A stretch of DNA of 32,000 bases from Candidatus Saccharimonadota bacterium (GTDB lineage: Bacteria > Bacillota_I > Bacilli_A > Mycoplasmatales > Hepatoplasmataceae). How positions within the stretch are numbered: position 1 is the stretch's first letter; each line of letters opens with the position of its first letter. The DNA is taken from contig AP027133.1 in the NCBI GenBank assembly GCA_027925325.1, positions 390,001 through 422,000 of the forward strand, in the 5' to 3' direction. Both the position numbers and the translations under genes were made by a program. The notes under the pieces were generated by a model. The model was not told the DNA's origin. It was given only the letters and a program-made list of their open reading frames with translations, and searched no databases. Below, piece after piece: positions 9,938 through 18,603 of the stretch.

Positions 9938-9980
9938 ACCATTTTAAAAACTTAAATAAAATTTAGGTTTTTAAAATGGT
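9938..9980 (-). other. Perfect 14-bp AT-rich hairpin that incorporates the ACCA 3' end of tRNA-Leu
   Basis: accattttaaaaac (9938-9951) is the exact reverse complement of gtttttaaaatggt (9967-9980), with a 15-nt loop. It lies between the tRNA and the Shine-Dalgarno of paralogue 2. It could be a processing or attenuation structure; the function is unknown. Confidence 0.45.
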
Positions 9981-10059
9981 GCCCGAAATGGGACTTGAAC
10001 CCACACAGCAAAGCTAAAGGATTTTGAATCCTTCGTGTCTACCATTCCACCATTCGGGC
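9977..10059 (-). tRNA. tRNA-Leu (anticodon CAA), 83 nt with encoded CCA
   Basis: The reverse complement is GCCCGAATGGTGGAATGGTAGACACGAAGGATTCAAAATCCTTTAGCTTTGCTGTGTGGGTTCAAGTCCCATTTCGGGCACCA. It folds by hand as follows: 7-bp acceptor GCCCGAA/TTCGGGC; D-arm GTG..CAC; anticodon stem AAGGA/TCCTT with loop TTCAAAA (anticodon CAA); long variable arm AGC-TTT-GCT (class II); T-arm GTGGG-TTCAAGT-CCCAT. Confidence 0.92.
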
Positions 10060-10199
10060 AATATACTAAAATACAAAATAAAACAAGTAAATTATAATAT
10101 AAATTATATTTTTTATAAGTTATTTCTTCTATAAGATTATATATATTGAGTTAATTTATTTTTATTATTGTTATTTTTAATTATTATTTAAATTAATTT

Positions 10200-10226
10200 A
10201 AAAAACACACTTTCTAAATAGTGTGC
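10200..10226 (-). terminator. Rho-independent terminator ending the ribosomal-protein operon after rplO
   Basis: The reverse strand reads GCACAC-TATTTAGAAA-GTGTGT followed by TTTTTT, about 80 nt after the rplO stop. The stem is short (6 bp including one G.U). Confidence 0.6.
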
Positions 10227-10307
10227 CATCAAATTTTTTAATTTAATCACAAAAAGATCTAAATATAACTATTAAATTAAAAAATTATTTTAATTTATCT
10301 TTCAAAA

Positions 10308-10748
10308 TTATTCTTCGCTTTTTACTTTGATAATTTCTACTTTTCCGCCTGCATCTTCGATCGCTTTTCTTGCTGATTCTGAGAATTTATGTGCGGTAAC
10401 TGTATAAGCTTTTGTTAATTTTCCATCACCAAGAATTTTAAGATAACCATAATTTGATTTGATAATATTAGATTCAATTAAAATTTCTGGAGTAATTTTA
10501 TCACCTTTTACACGAACAAATTTATCAAGATTTAAAACTGTATATTCAATTTTATTGATGTTTTTAAATCCTCTTTTAGGAATTCGTTTATAAAGAGGAT
10601 TTTGTCCCCCTTCAAACCCAATCTTTTTTGAGTATCCTGCGCGTGATTTTTGTCCATTTTCACCACGTCCAGCTGTCTTATCACCACGTCCGACTCTCTT
10701 ATTCTTTTTTCTCGAACCAGGAGTTGATTTCATTTTATTTAATTCCAT
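10308..10748 (-). CDS. rplO: 50S ribosomal protein L15 (146 aa)
   Basis: MELNKMKSTPGSRKKNKRVGRG.. is the canonical L15 N-terminus. AAGGAG sits 7 nt upstream of ATG 10748. The track start at 10850 lies inside rpsE and is rejected. The gene overlaps the rpsE 3' end by 14 nt. Confidence 0.93.
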   Translation of the reverse strand: MELNKMKSTPGSRKKNKRVGRGDKTAGRGENGQKSRAGYSKKIGFEGGQNPLYKRIPKRGFKNINKIEYTVLNLDKFVRVKGDKITPEILIESNIIKSNYGYLKILGDGKLTKAYTVTAHKFSESARKAIEDAGGKVEIIKVKSEE

Positions 10749-11481
10749 CTTCTTGCTCCTTTTTATTGATTTTCTGTCCTCTATCTTGTGTAAATTTTGT
10801 TTTATTATTAAATCTACTTTTAACTTCTTCTTTAAGATGTAATTTTTCAATCTCTTCTTTTGTTCTTAAATTTTTAAGTCCATCTAAAGTTGCTAAGATT
10901 ACATTTTGCGGATTATTTGTTCCAAGATTTTTAGAATAAATATTTCTGATTCCAGCAAGTTCGACCACAGAACGAACGACATCGGAAGCGATAATTCCTT
11001 TTCCTTCTCCTGTCGGTTTAAGTAAGACTCTTGCTGCTCCATGATGTCCTATAATCTCATGCGAAATCGTATCTTCTTTTCCAACAATTTTAATTTTTAA
11101 TAAATTTTTCCGTGCTAATCTTGATGCTTTTTTGATTGCTTCTGGAACTTCGATATGTTTTGCAATTGCAAATCCAACATTTCCTTCATGATCACCAACA
11201 ACAACAAGAGCAGAAAATTTAAATCTTCTTCCCCCTTTTGTTACCTTAATAACTCTTTTAATATTGATAATTCGTTCCTCAAAATTATCTTTTTTATTAT
11301 TAAAATTTTTATTTGCTCCCGGTCTTAAAAAAGGATTAAAATTTTCTGGTAAAAAATCATCAGCTATTTTTTGCTGTGAAGTTTTGCTTTTAGAATCTAA
11401 ATCTTTATGTGCTGCTTTTGCTTGTTCTTTTTTAATCTCTTCTTTTGCTTTATTTTTTTCCAATTCTTTTGCTTGTTCCAT
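10735..11481 (-). CDS. rpsE: 30S ribosomal protein S5 with a K/E-rich N-terminal extension (248 aa)
   Basis: The core ERIINIKRVIKVTKGGRRFKFSALVVVGD..GNVGFA.AK..EVPEAI.KA is unmistakably S5. About 65 additional residues precede it and a basic tail follows it. Confidence 0.93.
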   Translation of the reverse strand: MEQAKELEKNKAKEEIKKEQAKAAHKDLDSKSKTSQQKIADDFLPENFNPFLRPGANKNFNNKKDNFEERIINIKRVIKVTKGGRRFKFSALVVVGDHEGNVGFAIAKHIEVPEAIKKASRLARKNLLKIKIVGKEDTISHEIIGHHGAARVLLKPTGEGKGIIASDVVRSVVELAGIRNIYSKNLGTNNPQNVILATLDGLKNLRTKEEIEKLHLKEEVKSRFNNKTKFTQDRGQKINKKEQEDGIK

Positions 11482-11495
11482 TTTATTTTTTATCC

Positions 11496-11846
11496 TTAAA
11501 TTTTAATGTTTTCGCTTCGCACACCATCAGCTAGTGATTTTACCTTTCCATGATAAATATAACCGTTACGATCAAATACAACCTGTTCAATCTTTAAAGA
11601 TTTTGCCTTTTTAGCGATATCTTTTCCGACTGCAAATGCACTTTTGATATTTTTAGCATCTAATTTTAAATCTTTTGTAGAAGAATAAGCGATCGTTTGG
11701 CCTTTAAGATCATCAATCAATTGAGCATAGATATTTTTATTTGATTTATAAACAGTTAAACGTGGAATTTTATCAGTTCCAAAGATTTTTTTACGTACAC
11801 GTAATTTTCGTTTTTTTCTTGCTTCTATTTTTTTATTTTTTGCCAT
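11496..11846 (-). CDS. rplR: 50S ribosomal protein L18 (116 aa)
   Basis: MAKNKKIEARKKRKLRVRKKI.G...PRL.VYKSNK.IYAQLIDD is the L18 signature. ATG 11846 is better spaced from the AGAAAGAG Shine-Dalgarno than the track's GTG 11858. Confidence 0.92.
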   Translation of the reverse strand: MAKNKKIEARKKRKLRVRKKIFGTDKIPRLTVYKSNKNIYAQLIDDLKGQTIAYSSTKDLKLDAKNIKSAFAVGKDIAKKAKSLKIEQVVFDRNGYIYHGKVKSLADGVRSENIKI

Positions 11847-11867
11847 TTTTAAAATCACTCTTTCTTT

Positions 11868-12407
11868 TTATTTAGAATTTGATTTTCCAGCTTTACGGAT
11901 AATCACTTCATTTTTATAGCGAATTCCTTTTCCAGCATAAGGTTCTGGTTTTTTAAGTAAACGAATCTTTGCTGCAAACTGACCAACTTGCTGTTTATCA
12001 ATTCCAGAAATCTTAAGTTGTGTTGGTTTTAAAACTTCTGCCTTAATTCCATCTGGAATTGATAGTGTTATTTTATGTGAATAACCTAAAGAAAAAGTTA
12101 ATTTATTATCAATAAAAGCGACATTATATCCAACACCGACAATTTCTAACTCTTTTGTAAAACCTTTTGTTACACCCTCAATCATTCCTTTAATTAAAGA
12201 AGCGTATGTTCCATGTAACATCTTTGTTTTTTTATTTTCATTGATTCTTTCTAAACTAATTCTATTATCAATTCTTGTAATCTTAATTGAATTTAAAAAA
12301 ATCTGTTCTAAGGTTCCAAGCGGACCTGTTACAACCATTTTCTTACCATCAAATTCAACCGTTACATTTTCGGGAATAATAATCTTTTGGTTTCCAATTC
12401 TTGACAT
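11868..12407 (-). CDS. rplF: 50S ribosomal protein L6 (179 aa)
   Basis: MSRIGNQKIIIPENVTV...GPLG is the L6 signature. AAGGAG lies upstream. Confidence 0.95.
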   Translation of the reverse strand: MSRIGNQKIIIPENVTVEFDGKKMVVTGPLGTLEQIFLNSIKITRIDNRISLERINENKKTKMLHGTYASLIKGMIEGVTKGFTKELEIVGVGYNVAFIDNKLTFSLGYSHKITLSIPDGIKAEVLKPTQLKISGIDKQQVGQFAAKIRLLKKPEPYAGKGIRYKNEVIIRKAGKSNSK

Positions 12408-12421
12408 TTAAAAACTCCTTA

Positions 12422-12814
12422 TCAAATATAAGCCATTATTTCGCCACCTAAATTGGCTTTTTTGGCAGCATGAGAAGTCATTATTCCTTTAGAAGTTGAA
12501 ACAATCGCTATTCCATATCCATTTAGCACTTCTGGTAATTTATTAGCTTCTTTATATACTCTAAGTCCCGGTTTTGAAATTCGTTTAAGACCGGTAATAA
12601 CACGATTTGTCCCCTTATATTTTAGAAAAATCTTGAAATTTTTTTCGCTTACTTTTTCACCGATAATTTTATAATCTAAAATATATCCTTCATCTAATAA
12701 AATTTTAATTATTTCTTCCTTTAATTTGGCATAAGGAACTAAAACCGATTTGTGTCTTCGCATATTTGCATTTCTGATTCGTGTCAATAAATCTGCAATG
12801 GGATCATTTGTCAT
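12422..12814 (-). CDS. rpsH: 30S ribosomal protein S8 (130 aa)
   Basis: [16 protein letters not shown] is the S8 signature, and the C-terminus GGEI.AY. is typical. Confidence 0.95.
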   Translation of the reverse strand: MTNDPIADLLTRIRNANMRRHKSVLVPYAKLKEEIIKILLDEGYILDYKIIGEKVSEKNFKIFLKYKGTNRVITGLKRISKPGLRVYKEANKLPEVLNGYGIAIVSTSKGIMTSHAAKKANLGGEIMAYI

Positions 12815-12835
12815 TTTTCTTACTCCTTTTTTAAT

Positions 12836-13021
12836 CTATCATGATGATTTTTTCACACCAGGAATTTCACCATTTGCTGCCATTTCACGGAAACAGATCC
12901 GACAAACACCATATTTACGCATATATCCATGTGTACGACCACAAATTTTGCATCTATTTTTTGCTCTTGTTGAAAATTTTGCATTCTTTTCCTGTTTTGC
13001 TATTTGTGCTTTTCTAGCCAT
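12836..13021 (-). CDS. rpsN: 30S ribosomal protein S14, short zinc-ribbon (type Z) form (61 aa)
   Basis: The protein contains ..[23 protein letters not shown].. (CxxC...CxxC). The track ORF stops at TGA 12839-12841, which encodes the conserved C-terminal Trp (..KKSSW). The true stop is TAG 12836-12838. Confidence 0.93.
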
Positions 13022-13040
13022 ATTTTAAATACTCCTTTAA

Positions 13041-13595
13041 TTATCTTTTTGCAAAAGGCATTTTAAACTTTTTAAGTAAAAGAAAGGCTTTTTGATCATC
13101 ACTTGTTGAGGTTACGATTGTAATATCCATTCCCTTCATCAATCTTACTTTATCAAGTTCGATTTCAGGGAATATAATAATTTCATTTACACCCAAAGTA
13201 TAATTTCCTCTTCCATCAAATGAGGTTGGTTTTAAACCACGAAAATCTCTAATTCTAGGTAATGCAAAATTTATCAATTTATCTAAAAAGTCATACATTT
13301 TTTCTTTTCGTAAAGTTATCTTAACACCGATTGGCATTCCTTCACGAATTTTAAAAGAGGCATTTGATTTTTTGGCATAAGTGATAATCGGTGTTTGACC
13401 GGTAATGATTGCCAATTCTTTTTTTGCTTCTGTTACTAATGACTTATCATTTACGGCTTTACCAAGACCGATATTAATGACAATTTTTTCAAGATGAGGA
13501 ACAGCCATAATTGTTTTTAAGTTTAATTCTTGTTTTAATTGCTGTTTAATTTCAGTATCATATTTTTTATGTAAAAATGTCTTTTCTTTTGCCAT
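13041..13595 (-). CDS. rplE: 50S ribosomal protein L5 (184 aa)
   Basis: Typical L5 blocks are present, including ..NIGLG.A..D.. and PRIRDFRGL....FDGRGNY.LG. The start overlaps the rplX stop (TAATG). Confidence 0.95.
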   Translation of the reverse strand: MAKEKTFLHKKYDTEIKQQLKQELNLKTIMAVPHLEKIVINIGLGKAVNDKSLVTEAKKELAIITGQTPIITYAKKSNASFKIREGMPIGVKITLRKEKMYDFLDKLINFALPRIRDFRGLKPTSFDGRGNYTLGVNEIIIFPEIELDKVRLMKGMDITIVTSTSDDQKAFLLLKKFKMPFAKR

Positions 13596-13918
13596 TAAAT
13601 CTCATCTCCTGTTTTTTTGGCGATTCTCTTCTTTGTTTTTTTACCACGAGAGGTTACGTATTTGTAACCGATTCTTGTTCCTTTTGCTTCTTTTTTTGTT
13701 CCGATATCATACATTACATTTGAAACATCGATCGGGGCTTCTTTTTTAAATATTCCCCCTTCTTGATCTTTTTGTGATGGTTTTACATGGAATGTACGAA
13801 CATTTACATCTTCGACAATTACTTTATTTGTTTTTGCAAAAACTTCTTTAATAAGACCGGATTTACCCTTATCTTTTCCTGAGATTACGATAACACGATC
13901 ACCTTTTTTTAATTTCAT
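13595..13918 (-). CDS. rplX: 50S ribosomal protein L24 (107 aa)
   Basis: MKLKKGDRVIVISGKDKGKSG is the L24 signature. AGGAGG sits 5 nt before ATG 13918; the track start at 13921 is only 2 nt from it. Confidence 0.93.
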   Translation of the reverse strand: MKLKKGDRVIVISGKDKGKSGLIKEVFAKTNKVIVEDVNVRTFHVKPSQKDQEGGIFKKEAPIDVSNVMYDIGTKKEAKGTRIGYKYVTSRGKKTKKRIAKKTGDEI

Positions 13919-13927
13919 CATAACCTC

Positions 13928-14296
13928 CTATAATACCTCTTGCCCAAGAGAGATAATTTTTTGATAACCTTTTTCTCTAAGTTCTCTTGCGATTGGACCA
14001 AAAATTCTTGTTCCTCTTGGTTCTTTATTTTCTTTAATAAGAACGGCGGCATTATCATCAAAACGTAGATATTCTCCGGTTTGTCTTTTAATACCATGTT
14101 TTGTTCTTACGATTACTGCTTTTACAACTTGACCTTTTTTGATTTGGGCATTTGGTTGGGCTTTTTTAACCGTGGCCACAACGATATCACCGATTGAAGA
14201 AAATTTCTTTAAAGATCCACCTAGATTACGAATGACTAGTAATTCTTTAGCACCGGTATTATCGGCTACTTTTAACCTTGTTTCGGTTTGAATCAT
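13928..14296 (-). CDS. rplN: 50S ribosomal protein L14 (122 aa)
   Basis: [17 protein letters not shown] is the universal L14 N-terminus. The track start at 14323 lies inside rpsQ and is rejected. Confidence 0.95.
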   Translation of the reverse strand: MIQTETRLKVADNTGAKELLVIRNLGGSLKKFSSIGDIVVATVKKAQPNAQIKKGQVVKAVIVRTKHGIKRQTGEYLRFDDNAAVLIKENKEPRGTRIFGPIARELREKGYQKIISLGQEVL

Positions 14297-14297
14297 C

Positions 14298-14561
14298 TTA
14301 CTTACCATCCTTTGTTTCAACAATTTTTACCAAACGAAAATACTTTGTCTTTGAATAAGGTTTTGTTTCCATAATTTGGACCTTATCGCCAATTTTTGCC
14401 TTTTCATCTTGATCATGAACATGAAACTTTTTTGAATATTTATATCTTTTTCCATAAAGTTTATGTGCACGATAAGTATCAACTTTTACAGTGATTGTTT
14501 TATCCATAGCAGTAGAAATAACTATTCCTTGATAATTTTTTCTTCTATTTGTCCGCAACAT
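14298..14561 (-). CDS. rpsQ: 30S ribosomal protein S17 (87 aa)
   Basis: ..[23 protein letters not shown]......KLYGKR...SKKF.VHD is the S17 signature. A GGAGAG Shine-Dalgarno lies upstream. The gene overlaps the rpmC 3' end by 17 nt. Confidence 0.93.
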   Translation of the reverse strand: MLRTNRRKNYQGIVISTAMDKTITVKVDTYRAHKLYGKRYKYSKKFHVHDQDEKAKIGDKVQIMETKPYSKTKYFRLVKIVETKDGK

Positions 14562-14844
14562 TAGTCTCTCCTTTATTTTTCTTTAAATTTTTATCTTCAA
14601 TTTTTACCTTTGTCTGATTTTTTAAAGAAAGATCTTTTTCGACAATATTAATATTATGTTTTCTTTCATTTATAACGGTAAAAAGTTTTGCAATATCTTT
14701 TTTTGTCTGTTTAATCAGATGAGTTTCATTTAATTGTCCGGTTGCATTTTCAAATCTTAGAGCTAATAATTTTCCTTTAAGATCAGAGACTAATTTTAAT
14801 AATTCTTGATTATTTTTCTTACGTAATTCTTCAATCTTATACAT
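14545..14844 (-). CDS. rpmC: 50S ribosomal protein L29 with a C-terminal extension (99 aa)
   Basis: ..[52 protein letters not shown]. is the L29 core of about 65 aa. A K/N-rich tail of about 35 aa follows. Confidence 0.9.
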   Translation of the reverse strand: MYKIEELRKKNNQELLKLVSDLKGKLLALRFENATGQLNETHLIKQTKKDIAKLFTVINERKHNINIVEKDLSLKNQTKVKIEDKNLKKNKGETNVADK

Positions 14845-15262
14845 TTTCTAACTCCTCACCTTTTGTAACGATTTTACATTTTACAGGTAATTTATGCATT
14901 CCTAATCTTAATGCTTCTAATGCTTGTTCGGTTGTAACTTCATCTAATTCAAAAAGAATCATTCCTTTTTTTACAACAGCAGCATAATGATCAACATTAC
15001 CTTTTCCTTTTCCCATTCTTACTTCCAATGGTTTCTTAGTAATCGGTAATTGCGGAAAAATTCTAATTCAAACCTTTCCATTTCTCTTTAAATATCTTGT
15101 GATTGCGATCCGTGCTGCTTCAATCTGTCTTTCGGTAATATAATTGCCTTCAAGTGATTGTAATCCATATTTTCCAAAAGCGATTTTTGTTCCCCGTTTT
15201 GCTTTTCCTTCATATGAAATTTTATGTGGTTTACGATATTTTTGTTTTTTTGGAGTTAGCAT
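14837..15262 (-). CDS. rplP: 50S ribosomal protein L16 (141 aa)
   Basis: Track ORFs 15068..15262 and 14837..15028 are joined through TGA 15068-15070. The junction reads ..[29 protein letters not shown].., the conserved L16 block with its invariant Trp. Confidence 0.95.
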
Positions 15263-16023
15263 TATTTATCTCCTCTTTGAAGATCTTTTTCGCTATTTTG
15301 GTCTGTTTTTCTAATTATTTTACGATCGGAAGGAAAACGATCACGTTTAATTTTAACTTTATCTTTCTCTTTACGATTTTGTAAAATTTCTCCACGCGAA
15401 ATTCAAACCTTTACACCTAAAATTCCATATGTTGTTTTTGCTTTTGTTTTGGCATAATCAATATCATATCTCAATGTTTGCAAAGGAACTTGTCCTTCAA
15501 GATAGCCTTCTGTTCGTGCCATATCAACACCATTTAAACGACCTGAGACCTGTGTTTTAATTCCCTTTGCACCGTTTCGCATCACTCTTCTTATCACTCT
15601 TTTTTGAGCAATTCGAAAAGGAACACGATTTTCAAGTTGACTAGCGATTTCGTTTGCGATAATTGTCGCATCTAAATCGGGCTTTTTAACTTCTTTTACA
15701 TCTAGAATGATTCTTTTCTTTTGAATTTTATTATGTAACAATTTTAAAAGATCAAGTTGAATTTTTTTGATATTTGATCCTTCTTGTCCAAGTACAAGTC
15801 CTGGTTTTGAAGTATTAATCGTAATTCTTACTTCTTTTGTAGTACGATCAATTTCAACCACAGATAAAGATCATTTTTTAAAATATTTCTCAAAGTAATT
15901 TCTAATTTTACGATCTTCAACCACTCATTCTGTTCATTGTTTGTTATCTTTTGCAAAATATCTTGATTTTCAATCACGTACAATTCCTAAACGCATCCCA
16001 TTTGGATTGGCTTTTTGTCCCAT
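15262..16023 (-). CDS. rpsC: 30S ribosomal protein S3 with a basic C-terminal tail (253 aa)
   Basis: ATG 16023 follows AAGGAG and gives [24 protein letters not shown].. with four TGA=Trp codons in the N-terminal ~55 residues. The frame continues through track ORF 15403..15861 and TGA 15403-15405 to TAA 15262-15264, which overlaps the rplP ATG (TAATG). Confidence 0.93.
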
Positions 16024-16036
16024 ATTCTCGATCTCC

Positions 16037-16405
16037 TTATTTATTTATTTTGTTACCTTTTTTAGTTATTTTAAAATCATCTGATAAAACTATCTCTAGA
16101 TGTGCTGTTCTTTTTAATTTTTTATCAACACGACCCTTAGCACGAGGACGAAAACGCTTGATTGTTGGTCCTTCATTTGCAACAGCTTTAATAATTATTA
16201 AATCTTCATTCAACATTCCATGATTTTCTGTTGCATTTGCAACAGCTTGATTAAGAACTTTTTTTAATAAAGGGGCTGCTTTTTTATTTGTCGTATCTAA
16301 AATTGAAAAAGCTTGATCGACTTTTTTATATCTTATAAGTTCACAAACAAGATTAGCTTTCTGTGCAGAAATGCGAATATTTTTAGTTAACGCTCTTGCT
16401 TCCAT
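16037..16405 (-). CDS. rplV: 50S ribosomal protein L22 (122 aa)
   Basis: MEARALTKNIRISAQKANLVCELIR and ..GPT.KRFRPRAKGR are L22 signatures. Confidence 0.94.
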   Translation of the reverse strand: MEARALTKNIRISAQKANLVCELIRYKKVDQAFSILDTTNKKAAPLLKKVLNQAVANATENHGMLNEDLIIIKAVANEGPTIKRFRPRAKGRVDKKLKRTAHLEIVLSDDFKITKKGNKINK

Positions 16406-16420
16406 TATTGCATTTGATTC

Positions 16421-16696
16421 CTATCTTTTTTTCTTTTTATCTTCGCCATGACCACCAAATTTACGTGTCGGTGCAAATTCACCTAATTTATGACCGACCA
16501 TATCTTCGATTATATAGACATTGATAAATTCTTTTCCATTATGGACTTGAAATGTTAAACCGACAAAATTAGGAAAAATTGTTGATCTACGTGATCAGGT
16601 TTTGATTGGTTTTTTTGATTTTGTTGTAATTGCATTTTCAACTTTTTTAGCAAGGTGCTCATCGATAAATGGTCCTTTTTTTAATGAACGACTCAT
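16421..16696 (-). CDS. rpsS: 30S ribosomal protein S19 (91 aa); absent from the ORF track
   Basis: Hand translation from ATG 16696 gives [91 protein letters not shown], ending at TAG 16421-16423. One in-frame TGA (16595-16597) falls at the conserved Trp. Confidence 0.95.
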
Positions 16697-16705
16697 AATC
16701 TTAAA

Positions 16706-17554
16706 TTATTTCTTACCCTTTCTTGTTCTTATAATATATTTATTTGACTGTTTATTTTTTTTCCGTGTTTTAACCCCTAGGGCTTTTTTTCCTCAAGGCG
16801 TCATCGGTGATTTTCTTCCGATTGGAGATTTTCCTTCTCCCCCTCCATGCGGATGATCATTTGGATTCATCGCTGAACCTCGAACCGTTGGTCTTTTTCC
16901 TTTATGGCGATTACGACCGGCTTTTCCAATTCGTTCAAGATTATGGCTAGAATTAGATACAACACCGATTGTTGCACGATTTCTGGCAAGAATTTTACGC
17001 ATTTCACCTGAAGTTAAACGAACAATCACATATCTTTCTGTCTCATCTTTTCCTAATACTTGCGCACTTGCGCCTGCTGAGCGAACAAATTCGCCCCCTT
17101 TTCCTGGTTTAAGTTCGATATTATGAATAAATGTCCCTTCTGGAATATTTTCTAAAGGAAGAGCATTTCCAATAGCAATTTCAGCATCTTTTCCTGAAAA
17201 AATCTTATCACCTACTTTAAGATTTTCCGGGGCGATAATATATCTTTTTTCACCATCGATATAATTTATAAGGGCAATAAAAGAAGTACGATTTGGATCA
17301 TATTCAATTGAAACAACTTTTCCAGAAATACCATCTTTATTACGCTTAAAATCAATAATTCGATATTTTTGTTTTACTCCTCCCCCTTTATGCCTTACAG
17401 TTATTTTTCCTGTATTGTTTCTTCCGGCCTTATTTACTTTTTTTACAGTAAGTGATTTTTCCGGTTTTGTTTTAGTAAGTGATTTTTTATAATCAATTAC
17501 AGATGAATTACGGCGTCCAGGAGAAGTTGGTTTATATTTTTTAATTTCTGACAT
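16706..17554 (-). CDS. rplB: 50S ribosomal protein L2 (282 aa)
   Basis: [16 protein letters not shown].. is the start, with AGGTGA 5 nt before ATG 17554. The track ORF ends at TGA 16793-16795, which is the conserved Trp of ..[21 protein letters not shown]... The frame continues to TAA 16706-16708. Confidence 0.95.
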
Positions 17555-17567
17555 ATTAATCACCTAA

Positions 17568-17963
17568 CTATTTAATATCTTTCTCTGCTTCTTTCATTAA
17601 TTTTTCAGTGTTAATAATTTTTAGACCTTTTTTATTAGATTCTTTTTTATCTTTTTCAACACCTTCTGCTCCATAAATTGGGATTGCTCCTGCACTTAAA
17701 ATTACATATGCTTTTTTGTAAGATTTTTTAAATCCTTCGTAACGTCCCATTTTTTTTGCTTTTGCTTTTACTTTTGCAATATTTACTTTTTTAACCTTAG
17801 CATCAGATTTTGCAAAAATATATTCAACAGCTCTTTTTACATCTTCTCTTGTAGCATTAGGATGAACCTCTAAAATATAAGTATTATGATCAGCTGTAAG
17901 TCTTGAATTTTTTTCGGTAATTATCGGTTTAATAATCACATCATTGATATTAAGTTTTTTCAT
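17568..17963 (-). CDS. rplW: 50S ribosomal protein L23 with a C-terminal extension (131 aa)
   Basis: ..DVIIKPIITEKNSRL.......ILEVHPNATREDVKRAVE.IF...V.KVNI is the L23 core. A K/E-rich tail of about 35 aa follows. Confidence 0.9.
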   Translation of the reverse strand: MKKLNINDVIIKPIITEKNSRLTADHNTYILEVHPNATREDVKRAVEYIFAKSDAKVKKVNIAKVKAKAKKMGRYEGFKKSYKKAYVILSAGAIPIYGAEGVEKDKKESNKKGLKIINTEKLMKEAEKDIK

Positions 17964-18603
17964 TCATAAGTCCCTTCTCAACCGATTTAATTGCATCTTT
18001 TGTAAGTAAAATTTTAGTTGCTTTTAAAAGTTTATTAAGCATCACATTTGTATTTAAATTAACAGAGATATTTTTGATATTTCTTCCTGAAAGATAAGCA
18101 TTTTTCTGTTCATTTTTCTCAACTGAAGGAATCACAAATAAAACCTTTTCTTTTTCAATTGCAAGATTTTTAAGCATTATCTTAAAATCTTTGGTAGAAG
18201 GAGTTTTAAAATCTAAATTATCGACAACGATAATTTTATTTTCTTTTAATAATTGTGATCAACCTGATTTTAAAGCTAATTTTTTAACTTTTTTGTTAAT
18301 TTTAAGAGTATAGTTTTTTTCTGCTTTTGGTCCAAAAACAACCCCTCCACCTCTTCATTGTGGGGAACGAATTGAACCCTGTCTAGCTCGACCTGTTCCT
18401 TTTTGTTTTCAAGGTTTTCTTCCTCCCCCTGAAACATCTGAACGAGTCTTGGTACTATGTGTTCCTTGTCTTAATGAAGCGCGTTCAACAAGAATTAAAT
18501 CATACATTGCCTGTTCATGAGGAGTAATATCAAAAACTTCTTCTGCCAATTCTAATGTATCGACTTTTTTTCCTAAAACATTTAAAACATCGATTGTTGC
18601 CAT
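17950..18603 (-). CDS. rplD: 50S ribosomal protein L4 (217 aa)
   Basis: Track ORFs 18409..18603 and 17950..18177 are joined through TGA codons at 18409-18411, 18355-18357 and 18259-18261. The junctions read ..[35 protein letters not shown].., the hallmark L4 block. I checked the frame for TAA and TAG and found none. Confidence 0.95.

Noticed and set aside
9936-10059. tRNA-Leu as an integration site of a genomic island (searched for a second copy of the tRNA 3' end as attR)
   Set aside because: I found no duplicate of the tRNA 3' segment elsewhere in the window. The only nearby repeat is the local hairpin. The adjacent paralogues lack recognisable recombinase catalytic residues.
10749-10850. 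Track-suggested 5' extensions of rplO (to 10850) and similarly rplN (14323), rplR (11858), rplB (17563), rpsJ (19887), gap (1221) and galE (7725)
   Set aside because: The extensions start at non-ATG codons or lie inside the preceding gene. They add residues absent from the conserved N-termini. They also place the start on top of, or 0-2 nt from, the Shine-Dalgarno, whereas internal ATGs have proper 5-10 nt spacing.
10628-16856. Six plus-strand track ORFs inside the ribosomal operon (10628-10939, 11264-11506, 12750-13028, 15154-15384, 15951-16223, 16602-16856)
   Set aside because: All are antisense to unmistakable ribosomal-protein genes. They have Phe/Leu/Ser-rich mirror-image composition and no ribosome-binding sites.
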